This document shows, piece after piece, positions 58,001-64,000 of a stretch of DNA of 64,000 nucleotides. The position numbers and the translations under genes were made by a program. This DNA is from an uncultured virus (IMG/VR IMGVR_UViG_3300043085_000044) (lineage: Duplodnaviria; Heunggongvirae; Uroviricota; Caudoviricetes; Crassvirales): the IMG/VR virus record IMGVR_UViG_3300043085_000044, one strand, 5' to 3'. The first letter of the stretch is position 1; every line of letters starts with the position of its first letter. The notes under the pieces were generated by a model. The model searched no databases and had not been told where the DNA came from. It was given only the letters and a program-made list of their open reading frames with translations.

Positions 58001-61000
58001 TGAAGCTGCTCGAAAGAAAGGAAAGAATAATGAGATAAGAAGAAAGAATCAAGAGACTGCTAATAGGTCTGTATCTGAAATAGCAAGAGAAGCTATTGAA
58101 AATGAGACTAATGTAGAGCAAGCTGAACAGGAAGATGAAGAAATTGAGATTGCGGAGGGAGAATTTGAGGGGTTTGATGAATTTGACCCAAATGATGAAA
58201 ATTCGTATGTAGACCCAAGTAAACCTCAACCACAGCCAACTCCTCCTGGCCCTGCTCCTGCTCCAGTAGCTCCTGCTGCACCTGTTGCTCCTGCTGGCCC
58301 ATCTGCTGCTGAAATAGCTGCTGAGAAAACAAGGAAAGCACAAGAGATTGTAGACAAGTATAATCAGACAAAAAGGAAGCTCGATGAAAAACTTAGTAGA
58401 GGAGAAATTAGTCAGCGTCAATATAATGATGCACTGGCCCTAATTAAAAAGAATCTTGATGGAGTAGAGGGAGCAGAACAGCTACTTAATATGACCAAAG
58501 AGGATGTCGAGGAAGATACTCTTGATGATTTTGATGGAGCTGAAACCATGACTGATGATGAATTAGCTGAGTTTAATGATAGGAGAGTTGATGAAGCTTT
58601 AGCTGTACTCAATGACCTTAATCAGGAACTTGCTGATATAGCTGAAGCTCTTGAGGATATTCCTGATGGAGAGATTGATACTAATGGTACTGTAACAAGA
58701 ACTTTTACAGTTGAAGAAGCTCTACAAACTCCTGGTGCAGACCCACAAACTCAGCCTCAACCAGTGAATGCTGTTACTCAAACTCCAGAGGGAGTTACTG
58801 GTGGAGAAACTATTACACAAGAAGAAGGTATAACATTTACTCCTACAACAGAAGTTGAGGTAGCAGAACAGATTGATGAAGCAAATAAGTTAAAAGGAGA
58901 ACCTGGCACTCCAGCACAAGCGGAAGCTGATGCTCGAACTGGCTTTAACCCTAACAAGGTTGATGGTCAATACACTTTCTGGAGAACTGCTACAACGGAA
59001 TTTCAGATTCATAGAGAGCTTGGTGATAATACTCCTTATTGGGCAACACTTCCTGATAGTCATCCTATGAAAAAAGCATACAAAGCTACATGGGAGTTCC
59101 TGAATAAAGTTGGGGCATTTGATATGGCAAGAACTGGCTTTTATGGGAATAATGGAAAATACGTTACCTTTGCAATTAGTAAGGAACTAACCAAAGAAGC
59201 TGGAGTTCCTGTAATTCTAATTCTTAATAGTAATGGTAAGGTTATTGGAGATTTGCCACTACAAACTGATGCTTATCCCGGGCTAAAGGAGTTCCAAGAG
59301 GAGGCTGTAAAATTCTTCAATGAAAACAAGGATAAAAATGACAGAGACTTAGTTCAGATAGGTGGCTATACCTCGTCTATCACAAGAGTTATGGTAGGCA
59401 AGCCTCAGTATACTGCAACAAGTGAAAGGCGCTCTTTGAACGATATTGCTCGTAGAACTGACAGTGATGGAGCACTTATTAGCGAGAGCTTTACTATTGG
59501 ATTTGCTACTTCTAATGGCCGTTCAGAAGTAGTCACTTCTAATTCTAAGGCATCAAGAGACCCTGAACAACAGAGGAGAACAATGAGGACTGCATCTGAG
59601 AAAACTAAAAAAGGACAGCCATTCTTACTGATGCCCACTTCAAGCAAGGAGAGAGCCTTAATGCCAGTACCTTTTATTACTCCTACATTCAAGAATGTAC
59701 CTGCAACCTCAACATTTTATAGGGCTGTAACAATGCTGGCTGAGGAGATTGCTACACTGCCTAATGATTTTGACAAAATCAAGATGGCAATGGATAGACT
59801 AAAAGATTTCTTTGTTATAGAAGAAAGCAATACTCCAATAATCTCTTTCAATAGAAATGGAGATATCGTTGTAAAGATAAACGGCAAAAGTGTACTTCTT
59901 GAAAAATCCAAGTCAACAGAGGAGAATGTTGATACATTATTATGGGGGACTTCTACAATCCTTGATTTACCTATTAATATCAATAAGAAGTATATCAATA
60001 GTAAAATGAGGATTTCTAAGGATGAAGAAGTTGACTATAATCATATGATTGGAGAAATTGCTACAACCAATCTTCCTGAGGGTGGAAATCATACTGTCAA
60101 TGACTGGTTTGTTATTAATCCTATTGTGAATGGCAGAGAGGTTAAAGGTAAAGCTCCTAAGTCTACTGGTGTGAATACCAATCAAAGGGATTCAAATTCT
60201 ACTTACGTGAAAATTCCAGGCAGAGGTACTGTCAGAATGACCAAGGATTTAAAATTCTATGCTATAAAGGAGAACTCATCCGAGGAAATTGATATCACAG
60301 ATAACCCTGCATATCTTCCTATGAGGGCTTATGTATATGGTATAGCAACTAAGGCTGATATGAGTAAGCCTTATGCTACTCCATTCAATGCTCCTAAAAA
60401 CTGGTATAATGCAAATACTAATGAATTTGTAGAAGAACCAGTGACTACATCTAAAAACCCAACTGAAGAAGTTGAAATTGTTGATGATGAATTAGAGGGG
60501 TTTGGTGAATTTGACCCTAATGACCCTGCTTCTTTTGTTGATGTAGAAAAAGCCGAAATAACAAGGCAAACGAATGAAGCTGCCAAAAAATCAGAAGAAG
60601 CTGCAAAAAAGGCAGCAGAGGAAGCCGCTGAAAAAGCCCAAGAAGAAAGAGAGGCTAAAGCAAGCGAAGCACTTGATAAAATCAGACCTTTAGCAAGAGA
60701 TTATATCTTTGATGTCCTTAACTCTGGTAGTGAATCTTTGAAGTCTCGTTATGATGAAATCCTTAGAATGATTGAAGAAGTTAAAGCTATTGATGAAAAG
60801 TCATATAACCAATTTAAAGAGTGGTTTGTAGCTATGGCCGAAAATAGCAGTCAGAAATATAATGAGAAGAAAGCCCTTGAGGAAGCAGGAAATACGACTC
60901 CAGTTGCCAATAGAAAGGATTCTATTAAGAAGATTAAGGATGCTGGTATGCTTACTAACACAAGGTCTGTTACAGTTGAATATATGACTGATGAGCAACT

Positions 61001-62219
61001 TGCGAGAGTAGCAAATATGCCTAAAATGAAAATGAGACAATTCTTTGAGCGTTTTGATACTAAGGTTAAACTTGCTATGAATTCAGTAGAAGCAGGTATT
61101 GCTATTGATTTGCTTTTTGAGAATTTCTTTAAAAGAGAAGAAACAGCAGGATATACTGCTACTAATATTAACAAGGAAGTAGAGAGGGTTAAAAAGATGC
61201 TACCTCAATTGTCTCATGAAGATGCTATTAGGATAGTTGAGAGTCTACAAAAGCTCTCAGAGATGGCTGGTGGAGATAAAGTATGGGGCCTATTCCAGGA
61301 TGGTATAATTTACCTTGCTAATAATTCAAGTAGAGGTACTGCTTATCATGAGGCTTTCCATTATGTTTCTCAAACTCTAATGACTGAAAAGGAGCTTGAC
61401 AGGCTTTATTCTCAGGCTGCTAAGGTTTTCGGAGAAAAGGCTACAATAGCCCTTGAAGAAGATTTAGCAGAGGGATTTAGAAAATATATGCAAGGCTATG
61501 AGGAAGTCGAAAATAAGCGTGGATTTGCCAAATATTGGGGTAGATTAAAGCATTATGTTAAAACCCTTGTAGGTAAAGAAGCTCAATTGAATAAGATGTA
61601 TAGAGATATCAGGAAAGGCAGATGGGCTAACAGGCAAGCTCATGAGTCAAATTCATCATTGAATAGAAATATGACCTCCGAGGAAATCCTACAGTCTGAA
61701 ATCGAGGATTTAGAGTATGAATTAAGAAGTACGGATAAGAGCATAAAAGCTGAATTGGATACTATTGATGCTCAGTATAAAGCCCTATTGAATAGTCCTA
61801 AATCAAGGATTATTAATAATAGAGGTGAATCCATAGTTATGTATGGTTCTACTCAATATTTGACAGAAGGTGAAGCCAGAGCTGCAATTCCAGTTGAGCT
61901 TAATAGGATTATGAAAGTAGCTGAAAACAGAGGAAGATACTATCTTATGAGCAGCCTACAAACAGTTGCTAAAGCAAAGAAGTATGCTGAGGATTCTGTA
62001 GCTCAGGAGAAGAAACAACTCCAGAAAGCTATTGCCAAGCTAAAATACAGCATAGAGAATAGAAATTTCTTTGCTGAAAAACTTGAGTCTTATAAGCGAG
62101 CTAAACTTGAAAATCTATCAAGTGAAGATTTGGCTTATTTGAATGAAAGAGGTGTTTCTGTTGAGGAGTTCAAGAGTTGGACTACCTTAGAACAGGAGAC
62201 CTTCTTGAAGTGTAGATAA
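55059..62219 (+). CDS. Large cargo protein with C-terminal zincin-like domain
   Basis: 2386 aa; N-terminal hydrophobic helices, Pro/Ala linker, TAYHEAFH...EEDLAEGF. Confidence 0.65.
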   Translation: MAINPTQNGTQPLKGVRGADLYNAVYGGNTYAPKTEDEVEAYNLYQTTKAMQGKKLGSATLTQIGNDPTTPEKARIDFGKSSYDKGQAFNSDQEDITNLRTESQNGFLQVANGVGKGLILAGTTFIGGTVGLAAGIIQFAANGIGGLIQNGNGSGFDGSNFWNNCVQNALTIVEEWSEKAMPNYQSVKAQTGPWYENVFTSNFGNFLGDSVIKNFGFSIGAFYSGGKVFSPMLGKMTKALGKGVKAGTKAAQVAEQKSYWVQALGGSMLSAFGEGSIEAKHGAKEFIYQNDRVADESAQRELAYIDSDDFLQDKFASLNADYAEELKLINKEYESSPKEFTKTNDGRYINKAELIRQQKVQALNQKYGTEFANAREKAKDEVYKNIDLTKKKIREDATSLGNSVLLWNLAILTGSNYVQFGKAFAGGFKPQKKASDILYVGADGNPTSFIGRGFRDGTKEFTAKELEEGIRRGSYEAIKDGVVSKTFKRYLKNPLAEGTEEWSQGLAVNVNKDYYGTDVSNYYKGLVDPNAQQETLDYLNSIYNGVAKTVADPNAWLEFTIGAFTGAIGIPVLDKVNGKWKFKMEGGIKDNIKEHKEKEQREQYLVDRMNEYLARPESIAMFRGMNRHNFFQKVMDKAVEEDDNKGFKDAEFAQFFSDITAFDEAGRLQDLLDIIEVIDGASDVTAEDLQAMVENTTTTITVEQQRADLQEQIDVLTQFYQKNQAKMSAEEGAEIIARIQELQEKKDTPGRLEPIRAGRWADVDLNTEEGQNEVRKGLKESANEMRKVISQYLESKKWVEDNFQWAKKDTGEALPSEKANYLAFLRAQALNWEERMTSMGGAIKEFVTEYAQEYIIKEFEESYGKLTEEEIANLGESAKKDYKEKKKAYDNMKKLLTEKPDVVASMIADPANASFRESLMEVMAFRRKDYNLKGKSITVGDAIKMMQDLGSIGKAIDNFTKTFDSFLKDHTKLGQMIKEANEAARKKGKNNEIRRKNQETANRSVSEIAREAIENETNVEQAEQEDEEIEIAEGEFEGFDEFDPNDENSYVDPSKPQPQPTPPGPAPAPVAPAAPVAPAGPSAAEIAAEKTRKAQEIVDKYNQTKRKLDEKLSRGEISQRQYNDALALIKKNLDGVEGAEQLLNMTKEDVEEDTLDDFDGAETMTDDELAEFNDRRVDEALAVLNDLNQELADIAEALEDIPDGEIDTNGTVTRTFTVEEALQTPGADPQTQPQPVNAVTQTPEGVTGGETITQEEGITFTPTTEVEVAEQIDEANKLKGEPGTPAQAEADARTGFNPNKVDGQYTFWRTATTEFQIHRELGDNTPYWATLPDSHPMKKAYKATWEFLNKVGAFDMARTGFYGNNGKYVTFAISKELTKEAGVPVILILNSNGKVIGDLPLQTDAYPGLKEFQEEAVKFFNENKDKNDRDLVQIGGYTSSITRVMVGKPQYTATSERRSLNDIARRTDSDGALISESFTIGFATSNGRSEVVTSNSKASRDPEQQRRTMRTASEKTKKGQPFLLMPTSSKERALMPVPFITPTFKNVPATSTFYRAVTMLAEEIATLPNDFDKIKMAMDRLKDFFVIEESNTPIISFNRNGDIVVKINGKSVLLEKSKSTEENVDTLLWGTSTILDLPININKKYINSKMRISKDEEVDYNHMIGEIATTNLPEGGNHTVNDWFVINPIVNGREVKGKAPKSTGVNTNQRDSNSTYVKIPGRGTVRMTKDLKFYAIKENSSEEIDITDNPAYLPMRAYVYGIATKADMSKPYATPFNAPKNWYNANTNEFVEEPVTTSKNPTEEVEIVDDELEGFGEFDPNDPASFVDVEKAEITRQTNEAAKKSEEAAKKAAEEAAEKAQEEREAKASEALDKIRPLARDYIFDVLNSGSESLKSRYDEILRMIEEVKAIDEKSYNQFKEWFVAMAENSSQKYNEKKALEEAGNTTPVANRKDSIKKIKDAGMLTNTRSVTVEYMTDEQLARVANMPKMKMRQFFERFDTKVKLAMNSVEAGIAIDLLFENFFKREETAGYTATNINKEVERVKKMLPQLSHEDAIRIVESLQKLSEMAGGDKVWGLFQDGIIYLANNSSRGTAYHEAFHYVSQTLMTEKELDRLYSQAAKVFGEKATIALEEDLAEGFRKYMQGYEEVENKRGFAKYWGRLKHYVKTLVGKEAQLNKMYRDIRKGRWANRQAHESNSSLNRNMTSEEILQSEIEDLEYELRSTDKSIKAELDTIDAQYKALLNSPKSRIINNRGESIVMYGSTQYLTEGEARAAIPVELNRIMKVAENRGRYYLMSSLQTVAKAKKYAEDSVAQEKKQLQKAIAKLKYSIENRNFFAEKLESYKRAKLENLSSEDLAYLNERGVSVEEFKSWTTLEQETFLKCR

Positions 62220-62257
62220 AGAAAAAGGGGAGCAGAAAACTGTTCCCCTTTCTTTTT
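62219..62257. terminator. Bidirectional terminator between convergent genes
   Basis: A-rich run, ggggagcag-aaaa-ctgttcccc hairpin, T-rich run. Confidence 0.85.
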
Positions 62258-64000
62258 ACCTACTCCTTGTGTAGTAATCTGCCATTTCATCCAATCTATT
62301 GTAGACTTTATCCCATTGTCTGTAATAAGATAGATATGGAAGTGGAGCTTTATATAAGTTCTTCTCAAGCGTACTCATACCTTTGTATCTGCCACTTTGA
62401 ATTTCATCAACCCAGTCTCCTGGCCACAGAAGTGAACCTCCTAATTGACTTATGTCTTTAAGCATAGATAAAGATGCCATTGGAGAAGACAGTGTAGCAA
62501 TCCACTCTCCTGGCATTGTAGTAGATGGTACAAACATACCTAATTCTCTCTTTAATCTCTTGCAGGTGTAATTAGCCAGCTTAGCTGCATACCCTGCTTC
62601 ATCATCATCTCCAAGGTCTATAAAGTTAGCTAATCCAGCAATAGCAAGGAATTGCAATAGGTCAAATATTGTCCTCTTTATGTTTTTCTGTTGATGCTCA
62701 GTAAGACCACTCTTTAAATCCATAAAGGCTCTTTCGCCTGCAATCATCTCTTTGACTATCCTTCCTGAGGTCACATAGAATCCCTCATATTCCCTACCAG
62801 TAATTAATGATTTTCTTGCAGAGCCAAATCTCTTATTCCATAGAGGCCTCATGAATTTACGGTATTGCATAATAAGTCTGCCACCAATAACCCTGTTGGC
62901 TGCATTCATATCCTCCTCATTATAAATACCAAACAAGTCCTGATTGACCTCCATAACCTCTCTACCGAAAGTCTTCATATTGACCAGCTCATTATTAGAG
63001 GCATACCTCGTTCCTTTAGGTATTCTACCCTCTTTAATTCGGCTGTCTCCCTCTACGAAATCTTCAACTGTAAAGGCTTCCCACAGAGACATTTCCCCTT
63101 TTTCAGGTATAATTACCTTAGTCCTCATAGCCATAGCTATTGCTGTCCTATTGTATAACCAGTGGTCTCCAGCTTCCTGACCTATGAAACCAAGATGTTT
63201 TCCAAGGATTCTTCTTGTAAGGCTACGCATATCAGCTTGCTTCATATCCTTAAAGAAATCACCCTTAAAATCAATAGCCTCATCAAACAAGTATAGCTTA
63301 TTTGTAGGAGTCCTACTACCAATATCCATAAAGTAACCCATAAGCATAGAAGCATAAGCTGCATCAGCCATAGCAAGTTCCTTAGCATTGAAAAATTCAC
63401 CTGCTGCTGCCTCAATATTCTGCATTGCTATACCCTGTGTTACATTGGCTAAATTTGCAAGAGCATTAAATCCAAGCTGAGCCATAGATGAATACTTTAA
63501 TAGGGCTGATGTCATTTTATTTTTATTCAGCTTTTGACCAAACACATTAAAATGACCGCTATCTTTTAGATGCCTGTTGTAAACCTGTGAAGCCATAAAG
63601 TCATCAAGTTTCTTCTGCATATTAGTACCCTCATTTTCAAGCACCTTGTTAAGTACATTTCCTGCTTTTCCTTTTATTGTTTCCACAACAGCAGAGTCTC
63701 CAACAGTTTTTTCTACATCTCTACTTCTAACAAGGTCTGCGCCAACCTCTAAAGCATCTACAACGCTCTCTAATTGCTCATATTTTCTCACCATAGCTGC
63801 GTATGCCATCATACTGCCTATTAGGTCTGTTGATAGGTCATTTGCATCCTCAAGCCTGTTAGTATATAATATTGGTAAGGTCATAAATTCCCTACCAGAG
63901 AAATCAGTTAAGCTGTTCCTTGTACCAGCATCTCCAAACTCAAGATTGTCATCCTTTCTATCTTTAAGCTGCTCAGCAAAAGAATCCTTAATATTAGTCC
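62256..64000 (-). CDS. C-terminal part of a large protein, probably of the virion RNA polymerase-associated gene block (5' truncated)
   Basis: Frame stays open from the ATG at 63884 to the window edge (checked by hand); convergent with the structural genes as in crAss-like genomes; no catalytic motif visible. Confidence 0.55.
   Translation of the reverse strand, partial: TNIKDSFAEQLKDRKDDNLEFGDAGTRNSLTDFSGREFMTLPILYTNRLEDANDLSTDLIGSMMAYAAMVRKYEQLESVVDALEVGADLVRSRDVEKTVGDSAVVETIKGKAGNVLNKVLENEGTNMQKKLDDFMASQVYNRHLKDSGHFNVFGQKLNKNKMTSALLKYSSMAQLGFNALANLANVTQGIAMQNIEAAAGEFFNAKELAMADAAYASMLMGYFMDIGSRTPTNKLYLFDEAIDFKGDFFKDMKQADMRSLTRRILGKHLGFIGQEAGDHWLYNRTAIAMAMRTKVIIPEKGEMSLWEAFTVEDFVEGDSRIKEGRIPKGTRYASNNELVNMKTFGREVMEVNQDLFGIYNEEDMNAANRVIGGRLIMQYRKFMRPLWNKRFGSARKSLITGREYEGFYVTSGRIVKEMIAGERAFMDLKSGLTEHQQKNIKRTIFDLLQFLAIAGLANFIDLGDDDEAGYAAKLANYTCKRLKRELGMFVPSTTMPGEWIATLSSPMASLSMLKDISQLGGSLLWPGDWVDEIQSGRYKGMSTLEKNLYKAPLPYLSYYRQWDKVYNRLDEMADYYTRSR

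Noticed and set aside
673..61174. Many short minus-strand and alternate-frame ORFs in the track
   Set aside because: They lie within long + strand genes and show no recognisable motifs, so they are treated as shadow ORFs
1..64000. Stop-codon reassignment (TAG or TGA), known in some crAss-like phages
   Set aside because: Very long ORFs are intact in the standard code, and TAG and TGA end genes at sensible boundaries (for example 30118, 45396, 1050)
62256..64000. Calling this ORF the RNA polymerase catalytic subunit
   Set aside because: No DxDxD-type catalytic motif is visible in this fragment; only position suggests the polymerase block
1..64000. tRNA or rRNA genes
   Set aside because: Intergenic gaps are short and explained by terminators and promoters; no cloverleaf was recognised by eye

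Overview
This window is the late/structural arm of a crAss-like bacteriophage (Crassvirales, probable Bacteroidota host), read with the standard genetic code. It is AT-rich and densely coding, and almost all genes are on the + strand. In order it carries: small accessory genes (HExxH peptidase, PI-PLC-like protein, Zn-ribbon protein, GroES); a probable TerS; TerL with two LAGLIDADG inteins, one an Ala1 class-3 type; portal; fibre/adhesin genes; a coupled lamin-tail/metallophosphoesterase plus a giant CotH-kinase/LRR gene pair; a lysis cassette; an uncharacterised seven-gene unit containing related Thr/Ser-rich proteins; scaffold; a major capsid gene split by a group I intron encoding a GIY-YIG endonuclease; ring, auxiliary capsid and muzzle genes; three cargo proteins; and the 3' end of a large convergent minus-strand gene. 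Bacteroidota TAnnTTTG promoters and intrinsic terminators punctuate the region. The best candidates for undescribed biology are the putative virion-displayed kinase/phosphatase pair (16516-27668), the unit at 30279-36285, and a periodic array of Bacteroidota O-glycosylation sequons in cargo protein 1. All functional calls come from motif recognition and gene order; no database searches were run.
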